The notes under the pieces were generated by a model. The model had not been told where the DNA came from, searched no databases, and worked only from the letters and a program-made list of their open reading frames with translations. A stretch of 64,000 nucleotides of DNA from Oligoflexia bacterium (GTDB lineage Bacteria; Bdellovibrionota; UBA1018), in the NCBI GenBank assembly GCA_963758495.1, contig CAVWVI010000001.1:288001-352000 (forward strand), written 5' to 3'. How positions within the stretch are numbered: position 1 is the stretch's first letter; the number at the start of each line of letters is the position of its first letter. The position numbers were made by a program, and so were the translations under genes. Shown piece by piece: positions 40,838 through 51,651 of this stretch.

Positions 40838-40988
40838 AAAATAAACAAAACCATCCTTCAATACCTTCCTCTTCATGGCCTTGTTCACGGTACCGGCGTA
40901 GCCGGGCGCGAGCGGGATGCGAGCGAGTGAACAAGGAGCAAGCCGGAGGCGCGGTAGTTCGATGGGGGAACTGGAGCATGAGATACAA
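40838..40988 (-). repeat. Right copy of the ~150-bp inverted repeat
   Basis: Reverse complement of 35247-35397. Confidence 0.9.
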
Positions 40989-41020
40989 GTAAGTAGTTCC
41001 TTTAGGGCTGTTGACAAGCA

Positions 41021-41399
41021 CTACATTTTTCCCTTGGAACGTAACAGATCAGCTGGAGTTTCACCGTCATCATCTTTTGCGTTCAATGATTCAGGATATT
41101 TCTTCGCTAGAAATTCAATAATATCTAGCTTTCCTTCCCGTGCAGCTAAATGAGCTCAATCATATATGTAGCTGCAAACCCGTAGCAGGTGCCAAAATCC
41201 AACTGATTGAAATCTTGAGTAGGTTTATATCAATCTTCTATATACTCGCTTCGTCTTTAATTCGCTTTTCTTGTCCTTGAGGACACCCAGCAGACTGTGC
41301 AAAAGCCTGCAAAGGAGGCATTAAAGGCGAAGCTAAAGCAAGGAGACCTAACAAGGGGGAGCAGAAGGGCGGCGGCGTGAGGGGTCTAAGCTTGGGCAT
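41021..41399 (-). pseudogene. Secreted ankyrin-repeat protein remnant
   Basis: Signal-like start MPKLRPL...LLGLLALASP and C-terminal AHLAAREGKLDIIEFLAKKYPESLNAKDDDGETPAD; the middle is disrupted. Confidence 0.6.
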
Positions 41400-41486
41400 G
41401 ATCTTATGATTCTAGTGGAATGAAACTAAATCATCAACTGGACAGGAATTCTCTATAAACTTGCGTGATTTTCTTAAAAATGCAAA

Positions 41487-42506
41487 CTACAACGGCCACC
41501 TTTTTTGAATGGCTGCTCCAAATATACGACTCAAACTTACATTTTTGACAGGTCCAACCAGTGTCTGATCCGTATAGACTGCGCTTACTGCCCAATCTCC
41601 CTCCAACACATAACTGAATTGAAGAGAGGCGTTCCAAACAAGTTGAGACTCTGAGACTGAGGTGATTTCACCCTGCGAGCGAATGGCATCTTCATAGATT
41701 GGAGAAAGACTGAGTCCCATCCGAAATGCACCGCCCCCAGGGCTGAGTCCGATTCCTACGATTGTGCTTCCACCCCATCCTGGTGACAGAGTAAGAGTGG
41801 AGCCATCCGCATTCTGAAATGTTCGAGAAAGGGCTCGATGGAGTTCGGCTGATAATAGAAAATCCCAATTTCCTAGAGTTTTTAACAGGGCGGCACCCAG
41901 AGAGATGGACAGGAACCCACGACTTCTCGCATCCAGCAGGTAAGGCTCGTTGGCATCATAGATTGAAGGACTCGTTGGAAGGGTAGATTGTACGAATAAA
42001 AACCCTTTAGGCTTCCAGGGGGAATAACTGAATTCAGGAAGAAACTCATAAGCTATGTCTAAAGCGAGATCTCCGATGCCTTGTGCTGCAGCTAAGTCTG
42101 TACCCACTTCACGACTTCTTCGAATTAAAGGAACCACTGTCCCAATTTGTAGACCTTCTGTCAAAAGATACGCTCCACTCAAATTGATCGTATCGATTTC
42201 TTCTGCGTCTTCCGAACTGCGAAAAATAGGAATCCCCTGCGGCGGAGCATCTCCTATAATAGCGCCTCTCGAAACCAGAACTGACATTTGTGAACGGTCG
42301 TCACCTGTAATCAGTGAGGGTAAACTTGATCCTCCTCCGCAACAGGGCGCCGCCCAAACAGGAATGATTTGTAGAGCAACGCCCAACGCTATGCTCGCAA
42401 AAGCTCCCCCCAGTTTGGGGGGCCATTTAGATATTAACGTTTGCAATGGATTCTTCCTGTACTTTTGACCCGCTTCTGAGTTGAACATGGACTTCCCAGG
42501 CTCCAC
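41487..42506 (-). CDS. Putative outer-membrane beta-barrel protein with N-terminal CCGG motif
   Basis: Signal peptide, AAPCCGGG, GIGDLAL, alternating beta-strand pattern. True start is probably downstream. Confidence 0.6.
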   Translation of the reverse strand: MEPGKSMFNSEAGQKYRKNPLQTLISKWPPKLGGAFASIALGVALQIIPVWAAPCCGGGSSLPSLITGDDRSQMSVLVSRGAIIGDAPPQGIPIFRSSEDAEEIDTINLSGAYLLTEGLQIGTVVPLIRRSREVGTDLAAAQGIGDLALDIAYEFLPEFSYSPWKPKGFLFVQSTLPTSPSIYDANEPYLLDARSRGFLSISLGAALLKTLGNWDFLLSAELHRALSRTFQNADGSTLTLSPGWGGSTIVGIGLSPGGGAFRMGLSLSPIYEDAIRSQGEITSVSESQLVWNASLQFSYVLEGDWAVSAVYTDQTLVGPVKNVSLSRIFGAAIQKRWPL

Positions 42507-42960
42507 TCATAATGAAGTAGACATTGCTTCCTTCATAAACTCCAGGGATGCTCTGATGACCAGAATCATGTGATTGAACCGTAGTAATCGGAGAGGAACC
42601 ATGACCCATTGAGGGCATCCATAACTTCACGAATACTTCGTTGGGTGGATTTGAATAGGGACCATGGTGAGTCGCTGCACCACTCTTCCAAAACCTCAAA
42701 GTAAAGGAGGAAGGATCTTGGGAGTTTGGGATCCCGTTCCATGATAATTCCGCGCACATCCTCTGCCGAGGAAACGACAGTGGACACTCGAACGCATCCT
42801 CAGTCCGAATAGGTGAATTTCCCGGGGCTGCTGAGGGAGCTCCAGCCGGAGTTTGGGCAGTCGCGTGTTCCATAATGGGCGAATCACACCCCATAAATAC
42901 AGTAGCCAAGAGAGTCACAACAACAAGACCCATCCATCCAAAAGTTGTTCTAATACACAT
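42427..42960 (-). CDS. YtkA/FixH-like lipoprotein
   Basis: Lipobox-like FMGC, LWMPSMGHGS, YFIMSGAWEV. Confidence 0.7.
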   Translation of the reverse strand: MCIRTTFGWMGLVVVTLLATVFMGCDSPIMEHATAQTPAGAPSAAPGNSPIRTEDAFECPLSFPRQRMCAELSWNGIPNSQDPSSFTLRFWKSGAATHHGPYSNPPNEVFVKLWMPSMGHGSSPITTVQSHDSGHQSIPGVYEGSNVYFIMSGAWEVHVQLRSGSKVQEESIANVNI

Positions 42961-43015
42961 GAAAAATTCCCCCTTTTAAATTTCTATTGAATCTGATTTC
43001 TTGAAATTAATTATA

Positions 43016-43663
43016 CTAAGAACGTTTGATAATACAGCCTAAAGTACGTACTTCTTGCTTTGATGGAGCCTTACCCTGAAAGATCGCCGACAGCGCCTCT
43101 TTGAGGTATTGTTTCTGGGCAGATTGAGCTATATGACTGTCGTCCACACCTCCTTGAAATAGGACTTTCCCATCAGGATTTACTACGAAGACATGAGGTG
43201 TCTTAAGCGCTCCGAGACTGTTCGCAATGTGAGACCTTTCGTCTTCAATTACTGGAAAAGGTAAGTGCGCTTCCGCAAAATGACGAGAAGAGAGATCGAA
43301 GGACTCGTCTGAGTTTGAATGAATACCGATAAACTGAAATCCCTTGGATGAGAATTGAGTAAAAAGTTCAGCCAATTTGAGTTCGTGACTCGCTGAACAA
43401 GGACATTTTGCAGATAAAAAAACAATCACTGTTCCTCGGGCAGAATCTCGAACGGTTACGGAAACTTCTCTTTTATTAACAAGATCTTTTCCAATGATTC
43501 TGCTTGGTGTTGTATTGGCGTGCGTTATTTCAAATCCTGATGAAACAAAAAATAGAAGAATTAAGTTTAGACTAAAATAGAGATAAAGAATTTTTATCAT
43601 TACAATCTTACTCCTACATGGAGATAAAGAATGAGTATTAACTGCTCTAAAGTAGGAATTCAA
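43016..43663 (-). CDS. Exported redoxin (AhpC/TSA thioredoxin-like)
   Basis: FLSAKCPCS, GALKTPHVF, GCIIKR. Start probably at MIKIL. Confidence 0.8.
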   Translation of the reverse strand: MNSYFRAVNTHSLSPCRSKIVMIKILYLYFSLNLILLFFVSSGFEITHANTTPSRIIGKDLVNKREVSVTVRDSARGTVIVFLSAKCPCSASHELKLAELFTQFSSKGFQFIGIHSNSDESFDLSSRHFAEAHLPFPVIEDERSHIANSLGALKTPHVFVVNPDGKVLFQGGVDDSHIAQSAQKQYLKEALSAIFQGKAPSKQEVRTLGCIIKRS

Positions 43664-43719
43664 TCAAAGAAATATTGTCCTTGAAAATCAGGAAAGCATT
43701 ATGCCAACATGAATTCTAA

Positions 43720-44112
43720 ATGAGGACTCTTCGCCAAATTCATCTTTATTTCGGATGTATTTTTGCTCCCTTGATTATCTATTTTTCCCTTTCTGGAGCT
43801 TGGCAGGTATTTCGCTTGAATGACATTCCTAAAAATGATCCGCTATCACCGCCGTCGCGCACTTCAATGATGCACTCTATTTTTCATGAACTCTCGAAGC
43901 CTCATACAAGTTCAACGCTACCGGGATCGAATCCAAAAACAGAACACTCAGTGGCATTCACGTGGCTTGCGCTCTTACTAGCATTGGGAATGACCTTAAC
44001 CACTTCCATTGGAATCGTCCTAGCTCTGACGTATGGCCGATCACCTCGAATAGTGGCGCTCTGCATGGGTATGGGTGTTGCACTTCCAGTCTGCCTCTTG
44101 ATTTTACGATAG
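43720..44112 (+). CDS. PepSY-associated TM helix-like membrane protein
   Basis: LRQIHLYFG...SG plus TM segments. Confidence 0.6.
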   Translation: MRTLRQIHLYFGCIFAPLIIYFSLSGAWQVFRLNDIPKNDPLSPPSRTSMMHSIFHELSKPHTSSTLPGSNPKTEHSVAFTWLALLLALGMTLTTSIGIVLALTYGRSPRIVALCMGMGVALPVCLLILR

Positions 44113-44165
44113 TTCTTATGTAATTTTTATGGGAACGTTACTGCTTCAAAGAGGGACTACTCAAT

Positions 44166-44603
44166 ATGAATCAGGGTCAGAAGTGTTCATACCGCTTGAG
44201 CCTAAAACGATTTTTAAGACGAGAGTTCCGGCCAAATTTAACAGAAAAATTTTTTACTTCCTCTGTGATCCTGCTCCTGCTCAACATGACCTCTTCCTGC
44301 GCCTTCTATAATGAAAAAAACCCTGGGGACCCAAGTACCATTACACCTCAAACGGTTTCCTGGCAGCGCGTTTCCACCGAATTTTTCCAGCCCCGATGCG
44401 CCATCTGCCACGGACAAGGAGGAGCGAATATCAACATCTCCGATTATAGCGCAGTACTTTCTGAAATGAGCCGTATTCAACAGCAAGTACTTATGAAGAA
44501 GAGTATGCCCCCAGACTCCCCGTTAACGCCTTACGAAGAAAAACTTTTATCCACTTGGATTGAAAACGGAACGCCTTACGGAGCGACAGGAGAAGGTCAA
44601 TGA
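44166..44603 (+). CDS. Monoheme cytochrome c lipoprotein
   Basis: CAICH heme motif, distal MPP, WIENG; lipobox-like TSSC. Confidence 0.8.
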   Translation: MNQGQKCSYRLSLKRFLRREFRPNLTEKFFTSSVILLLLNMTSSCAFYNEKNPGDPSTITPQTVSWQRVSTEFFQPRCAICHGQGGANINISDYSAVLSEMSRIQQQVLMKKSMPPDSPLTPYEEKLLSTWIENGTPYGATGEGQ

Positions 44604-45766
44604 AAAATAGTCTCGCCTTCCTGAGTCTGAGCTTAGCTCTATGGACAATAGGCTCTACGCCCGTATTTGCGTTTCCAGAAATGATTCGGCACAATTACGT
44701 TAACTGTACGTCTTGCCATGTGAGTCCAAACGGCGGAGGCGTGCTGAATCCCTACGGTCGCCAAAGTTCCGTTGCTGCTCTGAGCACGTGGGGAACTGAA
44801 AATGAAGCAAAGCCCCTTTACAACCTTTTCGCCCAACCGGATTGGATTGATACCGGGGCATTCATACGCGGAGTCCAAACCGCTCAGAATAACTCACAGG
44901 TCAGTAGCGGCTATTATTGGTGGATGCAGGGCCAGCTTGAAGCGGCGGCTCGATTTGGACCTGAAGGGAAATGGACGGCTGACCTTGCTTTAGGAGTGAG
45001 CCCCGATGTTCTCAACGGTCTGCTTCCTAATGGAGTTTCCCCTTTATCAAGCCCCAGGCAATATCTCATGTACCGACCGTCAGAAACCACTTCAATCCGT
45101 GCCGGTAAATTTCTCCTCGATTACGGCATCTATTTTCAGGATCATACGATAGCCACTCGGCAAGGAGTCGGCTTTGATGAGGGCAATGAAACCTACAACC
45201 TCGAATACAGCTACCAAGGAGAGGCGTGGTCAGGGTCGATTAGCGCTGATTTTGGTCGTCCCGATAACATAAGTCTGATGATGGAACGAGGAGCTGCTGC
45301 TACCGGAGGATATAACTTAAACGACCACGATAAGGTGGGCTGGAGCGCTTTCGTGGGAGCGCAAAATGGAAACAGCCGACAGTTGACAGGTCCTTATGTC
45401 CTTCTTGGATTTTCTCCTCACTTTTACTTTGTAGGTGAGATGGATCTTCAATTCTCTCAACCCACCCAAGGCAGTTCAACGCAAGGACTCTTTCAGTATG
45501 GAAAAGTAGGCTATGAACTCATACAGGGACTTCACTTCTATATTCTTGAGCAAGCGTTCGTTCACTCCTTTAATGGGACCTATCAGCCACTCCCTCAAGA
45601 TTTTAAATATGGTCCGCTCGCGAATCGTCTCTATGGAATTGGCCCAGGTATCTCTTGGTATCCACGCCCTCATTTTTACATTCAATTAGAGGTCCAACAG
45701 CAATTCAGTGCCGAACTCCCCTCATCGCAAACTTCTGGATTTTTGACAGGAAACATTTATCTATAG
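44600..45766 (+). CDS. Outer-membrane beta-barrel with N-terminal CxxCH heme motif
   Basis: Signal peptide, CTSCHVSPNGGGVLNPYGR, porin-like strands. Confidence 0.7.
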   Translation: MKNSLAFLSLSLALWTIGSTPVFAFPEMIRHNYVNCTSCHVSPNGGGVLNPYGRQSSVAALSTWGTENEAKPLYNLFAQPDWIDTGAFIRGVQTAQNNSQVSSGYYWWMQGQLEAAARFGPEGKWTADLALGVSPDVLNGLLPNGVSPLSSPRQYLMYRPSETTSIRAGKFLLDYGIYFQDHTIATRQGVGFDEGNETYNLEYSYQGEAWSGSISADFGRPDNISLMMERGAAATGGYNLNDHDKVGWSAFVGAQNGNSRQLTGPYVLLGFSPHFYFVGEMDLQFSQPTQGSSTQGLFQYGKVGYELIQGLHFYILEQAFVHSFNGTYQPLPQDFKYGPLANRLYGIGPGISWYPRPHFYIQLEVQQQFSAELPSSQTSGFLTGNIYL

Positions 45767-45775
45767 GGGTATTAG

Positions 45776-46387
45776 ATGAAATCTATCAAGCTCAGTCAAT
45801 TTTCTCCGTCGTTGCTCTTGATCACTACAATTTGCATAAGCCCTTGGGTCGCTTTTGCCGATTCAACCCAAGTCAACCTAGATCAAGGTTCGGGTGTAGT
45901 AGAGTTTCATGCAACAGGGCATCCAAGCGCACTCAAAATAGTTGGAAAAGGAACCTCTCCTAAAGGGATTTTCACCATAAACGGAAAGCTTGTCAGCGGC
46001 AGCGCCCATTTTCAGCTTGCTTTGTTAGATACTGGGATCGAAATGCGGGATCGCCATATGAAGGAAAAATATCTGGAAGTGCAAAAGTACCCTGAAGCCG
46101 CGCTCACTCTCACAAAACTAGAACTTCCCCAAGAGTTCACTCACGACGCCTCATTTAGCAAGGTCCCTTTTACAGGAACACTTTCTCTGCATGGTGTGCA
46201 ACACTCTGTAAGTGGCACAGTGGACGTTTCAAGGAAAGAAAACCAGGTGATGATCCACGCAAACTTCGGTCTTAAAATTGCGGACTACGCCATCGCTTTG
46301 CCGATCTTTGCAGGAATTACAATGGCCGACGATGTGCAAATCATGATTCAAAGTACAGCGCCCCTTGTAAAGAGAAATGTTGAATAA
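45776..46387 (+). CDS. YceI family protein
   Basis: LDTGIEMRDRHM, YP, GTLSLHGV. Confidence 0.85.
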   Translation: MKSIKLSQFSPSLLLITTICISPWVAFADSTQVNLDQGSGVVEFHATGHPSALKIVGKGTSPKGIFTINGKLVSGSAHFQLALLDTGIEMRDRHMKEKYLEVQKYPEAALTLTKLELPQEFTHDASFSKVPFTGTLSLHGVQHSVSGTVDVSRKENQVMIHANFGLKIADYAIALPIFAGITMADDVQIMIQSTAPLVKRNVE

Positions 46388-47072
46388 ACCATTTCTTAGC
46401 ATGCTCTGAGACAGCCTCAAGTGTGCCAGGTTCTTCAAAAAGATGAGTCGCTCCTGGTACAATCACAAGCTTTCCGGTAGTGAGATACTTGAGAGCTTCC
46501 TGATTCATTTCAATGATGGATTCATCGTCCCCCCCTACAATCAAGAGAGTAGGGGCTATCACTTCTCTTAAACGAGAAATAGCAAGATCCGGACGTCCAC
46601 CTCGCGAAACCACAGCGGAAATTTTGTCGCATAAGTCAGCAGCTGCCCATAAAGCAGCTCCTCCTCCTGTACTTGCCCCCAAGTAACCTAATGGAAGTTT
46701 TGCTCGTAAGCTCTGATTTTTAATCCATTGTCGTTGCCATTGAATGATCCACGCTGTGGCAATCCCAAGACGGCTCGCTAGGAAAGGGATGTCAAATACA
46801 TTTTCTCGATCTTCGGCTTCATCCAGAGTAAGGAGATCAAAAAGGAGTGTTCCCAAGCCTCCTTGATTCAGCGCCTGAGCCACCTGTAAATTTCTGGGAC
46901 TTAAACGACTGCTTCCACTTCCATGAGCAAAGATCACGATTCCACGAGGGTCTGAAGGAAGTACTAAATGTCCTGGTAAACAGACCGAACCATCTGTCAC
47001 CTCAACCTCTTCAGAAAACTCCAAATGATTCAACTGTGCGGTCGACCTTTTCCGGTGCCCTTTTGGATTCAT
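46341..47072 (-). CDS. Dienelactone hydrolase-like alpha/beta hydrolase
   Basis: FAHGSGSSRLSPRN, GASTG, SRGGRPDLA, GATHLFEE. Confidence 0.85.
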   Translation of the reverse strand: MNPKGHRKRSTAQLNHLEFSEEVEVTDGSVCLPGHLVLPSDPRGIVIFAHGSGSSRLSPRNLQVAQALNQGGLGTLLFDLLTLDEAEDRENVFDIPFLASRLGIATAWIIQWQRQWIKNQSLRAKLPLGYLGASTGGGAALWAAADLCDKISAVVSRGGRPDLAISRLREVIAPTLLIVGGDDESIIEMNQEALKYLTTGKLVIVPGATHLFEEPGTLEAVSEHAKKWFIQHFSLQGALYFES

Positions 47073-47144
47073 AGCATTAACTTATCTACCTTATCCATGA
47101 ATGAGGGTGCATAGTCTAGACCAGCGTCTCAACCCTCTGCTCGA

Positions 47145-48092
47145 ATGAATCGATGGCACTCCCTTAGCAGACTATTTTCAGTAATGATTCCTACTCACTT
47201 TATCCAGAGGAGAGTCGTGACACTACCTGAGGGTACCTCTATCAACCAAGCGGCAAAATTGATGCGCAATCACGCAATTGGCTCTATCCTTGTCACTGAT
47301 TCGAAAGACTCTTTAATTGGCATTGTGACTGATCGTGATCTAGCTTGTATAGCTGTTGGAGAAAGGAAAAGCACAGATCTTTCCGTCACTGATGTCATGA
47401 CTCCTCGTCCTCTTACAGTCGAACAGTCAGAGGATCTAGAACATGTAATCTATCTCATGCAGGAATCGGGTATTCGAAGGATTCCTGTAGTTGAAATCCT
47501 TTCCGATGGAAGTCAAAAGTGCATTGGATTGATTACGCTAGATGATTTGGTAGCCTCGAAAGCTATTGATTACGATTATGTATCACGGATTATTCGAAGT
47601 CAGATTGAAAGGCGACATGCCATCCGCAAATATCAGAAAATTGGCCATCCAACTCATCAGACTCAACTAGCGGGTCGTCATCCCAGCCTCAATCGATTTT
47701 ATCGTAAGATCCAGGACAAAACAGGACTTAAAGACAATCAGCTCAATGATGTAACACTAGCGATTTTAGCAGCCATTGTCCAAAGACTGCACTATTCGGG
47801 TGCTGCCCACTTCATTAGCATACTACCAGAGGGACTCCAGGGTCCCCTTCTCGATCTTCCTCCGGGCCCAGATCAAAAAGTAACTGCTACTACCCTAAAA
47901 GATCATCTCTCTTCGCGATTTAATTTTTCTTTCCAGAGAGTGGAATCAATATTGATGCACTTCTTTCAAGGCCTTTCGAAATTGGTGCCGCCTTCGGAAA
48001 TCGAGTACCTTCGTTCGTCCCTACCTGAAGAGCTCATTCAATTATTACCGAAGAGCGACTCTACTCAAAGAAAACCAGATGCAGCGGCGTAG
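47145..48092 (+). CDS. CBS-pair plus DUF2267-like protein
   Basis: GIVTDRD, IRRIPVV, C-terminal LPEEL. Confidence 0.8.
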   Translation: MNRWHSLSRLFSVMIPTHFIQRRVVTLPEGTSINQAAKLMRNHAIGSILVTDSKDSLIGIVTDRDLACIAVGERKSTDLSVTDVMTPRPLTVEQSEDLEHVIYLMQESGIRRIPVVEILSDGSQKCIGLITLDDLVASKAIDYDYVSRIIRSQIERRHAIRKYQKIGHPTHQTQLAGRHPSLNRFYRKIQDKTGLKDNQLNDVTLAILAAIVQRLHYSGAAHFISILPEGLQGPLLDLPPGPDQKVTATTLKDHLSSRFNFSFQRVESILMHFFQGLSKLVPPSEIEYLRSSLPEELIQLLPKSDSTQRKPDAAA

Positions 48093-48133
48093 CCTGTTGG
48101 TTGAACTGGAGCCGACAACCACGCTTCCATAAG

Positions 48134-50236
48134 TTAAATCATTTTTTTAATCAGTGCCCGTGCCCGCGCCACTACGTGCTCAACCGAGAACCCATACTCT
48201 TTCATTAAGAAATCACCCGGCGCCGAAGCCCCGAATCGCTCCAATTTATCACCCACACTGATGACATCCCCCTCCAAGCCGACCCAACGATGCCATCCGA
48301 AAGAACATGTCGCCTCGACAGCGAGCCTACACTTCACCGCCTGCGGAAGCACGCTCTCGCGATATTCCGGGCTCTGCCGTTCAAAGAGTTCCCATGATGG
48401 CATTGACACAATACGTACACGGAGCCGATCCTGACCTAAGACCGGTTGAGCTGCCAAAATTGCTTCGGCTGCGACAACGAGCGAGACCTCGGACCCCGTT
48501 CCAATCAAAATGAGTTCTGGATCCTCCACGCTAGAATTGAGTACGTATGCACCCCGGCGAAGCCCGTCTGCGGGCGTCAGAAAACTTCGGTCCAGGGTTG
48601 GGACACTTTGTCGGGATAGAATGAGTACCGTAGGTCCTGTAGAGTTCTCCATGGCAACTTGCCAGGCACAGCGGGTCTCATTAGCATCGGCAGGCCTGAT
48701 CACTATCATCCCTGGGATAGCCCGCAAGCTCGCGATCTGCTCCACCGGTTGATGTGTCGGCCCGTCCTCTCCAACTCCGATGCTATCGTGAGTAAAAACC
48801 CAAATGGATCGCAACTGAGCAATAGCCGAAAGCCGAATAGGAGGCCGCATATAGTCTGCGAATACTAGAAAGGTCGCGCCGAATGGAATGAATCCTCCGT
48901 GATACACAAGACCATTGACTACGGCACCCATCGCATGTTCTCGAACTCCAAAATGAATATTCCTACCAGCATAGCTCCAACCGCCGCCCACAATCCCTTC
49001 AACACCCTCACGCTGCCGTATCGGTGATTCGAAATCTCCATCCTGCTTGAGCCAGGTGAAGGTCGATGGATCCAGGTCACCGGATCCTCCGACGAGTTCC
49101 GGTACTGCATTTGCCAAAACTTGCAGAACGGCCTCGGATGCTTTTCGAGTGGCCATTCCCTTGGCATCAGCCATAGAGCCAAATGGAAACTGAGGTAACT
49201 TGGCATCCCATCCACTCGGTAGCTTTCCGCTAAATCGTCGTGTGATTTCTTCAGCAAGTCCGGGATATTCTTTTTTATAGATTTCAAAGCGGCGCTTCCA
49301 ATCGTCTTGTAACTTTTTCCCGCGCTCGAGGGCAGAACGAAAGTGTGCGAGTGCCTCTTCTGGAATGTAAAAAGACGGTTCCTCAGGCCACCCGAGATTT
49401 CGTTTCGTCTTTTTAACTTCTTCGATGCCTAGCGGGTTTCCATGCGCATGCCACGAGCCTGCCAAATCTGGCGCACCAAAAGCAATGACAGTCTTCACTA
49501 TAATCAACGACGGTTGCCCTTTTACATCTTGCGCCGACACAATTGCTCGCGATATTTCGGATAGATTATTTCCATCGGCGACGTGCTGCACGTGCCAGCC
49601 ATACGCCCGATAACGTGCCGCCACATCTTCGGTAAAAGCGAGTGACGTGGTGCCTGACAAGGTGACGCGATTTGAGTCATATAGAATGATCAACTTGCTT
49701 AAATTAAGGTGCCCTGCGAGCGAAGCCGCTTCAGCCTGCACTCCTTCCATCAAATCTCCATCACTGGCGAGCACATACGTATAGTGACTGAAGATCTCAT
49801 ACCCAGGCCGGTTAAATCGGGCTGCGAGATGAGCCTCCCCGATCGCCATGCCCACAGCGTTCCCGATGCCCTGACCTAACGGCCCAGTTGACGCTTCAAC
49901 TCCCCGGGTCAGATGGCTCTCGGGATGCCCCGGTGTCAAGCTCTGCCATTGTCGGAAGCGTTTCAGTTGTTCCATTGTCATTTGTTCGTAACCTGTGAGG
50001 TGAAGAGCGGCGTAGAGTAGCGCCGACCCATGGCCAGCAGATAGGACCAAGCGATCGCGATCGATGAAGCTTGGGTCAGCGGGATTATGACGAATCAAGC
50101 GCGACGCCAGTACATAGACCATAGGTGCCGCGTCGAGCGGCATACCGGGATGGCCGGAATTCGCTTTTTGCACCATATCAACAGCAAGAAAGCGAAGAGT
50201 GTTCACGCACATTCTATCTAGATCATTTGAGTTCAT
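48134..50236 (-). CDS. tkt: Transketolase
   Basis: SGHPG, GHPE, GPLGQG, FGVREH and GEDGPTHQP motifs; ATG overlaps the zwf stop. Confidence 0.95.
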   Translation of the reverse strand: MNSNDLDRMCVNTLRFLAVDMVQKANSGHPGMPLDAAPMVYVLASRLIRHNPADPSFIDRDRLVLSAGHGSALLYAALHLTGYEQMTMEQLKRFRQWQSLTPGHPESHLTRGVEASTGPLGQGIGNAVGMAIGEAHLAARFNRPGYEIFSHYTYVLASDGDLMEGVQAEAASLAGHLNLSKLIILYDSNRVTLSGTTSLAFTEDVAARYRAYGWHVQHVADGNNLSEISRAIVSAQDVKGQPSLIIVKTVIAFGAPDLAGSWHAHGNPLGIEEVKKTKRNLGWPEEPSFYIPEEALAHFRSALERGKKLQDDWKRRFEIYKKEYPGLAEEITRRFSGKLPSGWDAKLPQFPFGSMADAKGMATRKASEAVLQVLANAVPELVGGSGDLDPSTFTWLKQDGDFESPIRQREGVEGIVGGGWSYAGRNIHFGVREHAMGAVVNGLVYHGGFIPFGATFLVFADYMRPPIRLSAIAQLRSIWVFTHDSIGVGEDGPTHQPVEQIASLRAIPGMIVIRPADANETRCAWQVAMENSTGPTVLILSRQSVPTLDRSFLTPADGLRRGAYVLNSSVEDPELILIGTGSEVSLVVAAEAILAAQPVLGQDRLRVRIVSMPSWELFERQSPEYRESVLPQAVKCRLAVEATCSFGWHRWVGLEGDVISVGDKLERFGASAPGDFLMKEYGFSVEHVVARARALIKKMI

Positions 50237-51651
50237 GCGGCCCTCTTCACCTGGGCCTTTAGGTCCAGATTTATATCGAAGGGTTGGAACCAACTCTGAG
50301 GGACTGCCCCCACCAGACGATCCGCGTCTGGAGGGCCCCATGTCCTTGGCTCGTAAGTCAGGGGCTCAGCCTTGAGATCAATCACGGGATCAACAATTCG
50401 CCACTGAGCCTCGATAGCGTCCTGGCGAGCGAAAAGACTCGTGTCGCCTCGCATGGCATCGCCGAGCAGCCGTTCGTAGGGAAGCATGTCGCGGGCCTGA
50501 TTCTTGGATGCCCATAACTCCACTTCTTGCCCCAACATGGGCTCTCCGGGCTTCTTGATCCGTACACCGAGTGCAATGACTGTGGTATCGGGACCCAGTC
50601 GAAATCGAAGGTATTCAGAGGATGAAGCATGCTCATGGTAGATGTCGCGTACCGGTCGCTTGAGTTGCACCCGCAGTTCGATTGCGTTCAGCGCGAGACA
50701 TTTGCCAGCACGAATGAAGAACGGCACATCAGCCCAACGAGCAGTATCGATATTGAGCTTAATGGCAGCGAATGTTTCGACCTTCGAATCACGTGCCACA
50801 CCAGGCTCGTCACGATAACCTCGAAATTGCCCACGCACGATATGCTCGGGATCGATGGGCGTAATCGCCTTAAGGAGGCGCGTCTTCTCGTCACGGATCG
50901 CCTCTGAGTCCTGCCCTACCGGTGCATCCATGGCAAGGATCGCTGTCAATTGCAGAATGTGGTTTTGAATCACGTCGCGAATTGCGCCGGTTTCCTCGTA
51001 GAATTTGCCGCGACCCCGAACGCCAAAATCCTCTGCCATAATGATCTGTACATGTTCCACATGATCGCGATTCAGGACGGTCTCAGGCAATACATTAGCA
51101 AAGCGGAAATACATCAGATTGAGCACAGGCTCCTTGCCAAGGTAGTGATCAATGCGAAAGATTCTAGCTTCGGGAAAAAGTTGAAGCAGCGTTTGATTCA
51201 GTGCACGCGCGGACGCCAGATCACGCCCAAAAGGCTTTTCCAACACGACTCTCGCCTCCCTGGCACATCTTGATTTGCCCAAGCCGATGACCACTTGAGG
51301 GAAGGCGCTAGGTGGAATAGCAAGGTAATACAACGGGCGCTCAGCCGCTCCCAGTTCACGGCATAATGCTTCAAAAGTAGCAGGATCGGCGTAATTCCCA
51401 TGAACATAATGAAGAAGGGAAACCAGCTTATCGAACGCACTCTGGTTGAAGTCACCGTGATGCTCCAGACTGTCCCGGACCCGCGCACAAAGACGATCCA
51501 GGGTCCACTCTGATCTGGCAACACAGATCACAGGCACGTTCAAAACACCTCGGCGGGTCATCGCCTGGAGCGCCGGGAACACCTCCTTAAAAACAAGATC
51601 CCCCGTGGCACCAAAAATAACCAATGCATCCGAATGAAGTGGTGTGGTCAT
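50233..51651 (-). CDS. zwf: Glucose-6-phosphate dehydrogenase
   Basis: [20 protein letters not shown]. Confidence 0.95.
   Translation of the reverse strand: MTTPLHSDALVIFGATGDLVFKEVFPALQAMTRRGVLNVPVICVARSEWTLDRLCARVRDSLEHHGDFNQSAFDKLVSLLHYVHGNYADPATFEALCRELGAAERPLYYLAIPPSAFPQVVIGLGKSRCAREARVVLEKPFGRDLASARALNQTLLQLFPEARIFRIDHYLGKEPVLNLMYFRFANVLPETVLNRDHVEHVQIIMAEDFGVRGRGKFYEETGAIRDVIQNHILQLTAILAMDAPVGQDSEAIRDEKTRLLKAITPIDPEHIVRGQFRGYRDEPGVARDSKVETFAAIKLNIDTARWADVPFFIRAGKCLALNAIELRVQLKRPVRDIYHEHASSSEYLRFRLGPDTTVIALGVRIKKPGEPMLGQEVELWASKNQARDMLPYERLLGDAMRGDTSLFARQDAIEAQWRIVDPVIDLKAEPLTYEPRTWGPPDADRLVGAVPQSWFQPFDINLDLKAQVKRAA

Noticed and set aside
50237..50341. Extended tkt N-terminus
   Set aside because: It overlaps zwf. 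The ATG at 50236 fits translational coupling.
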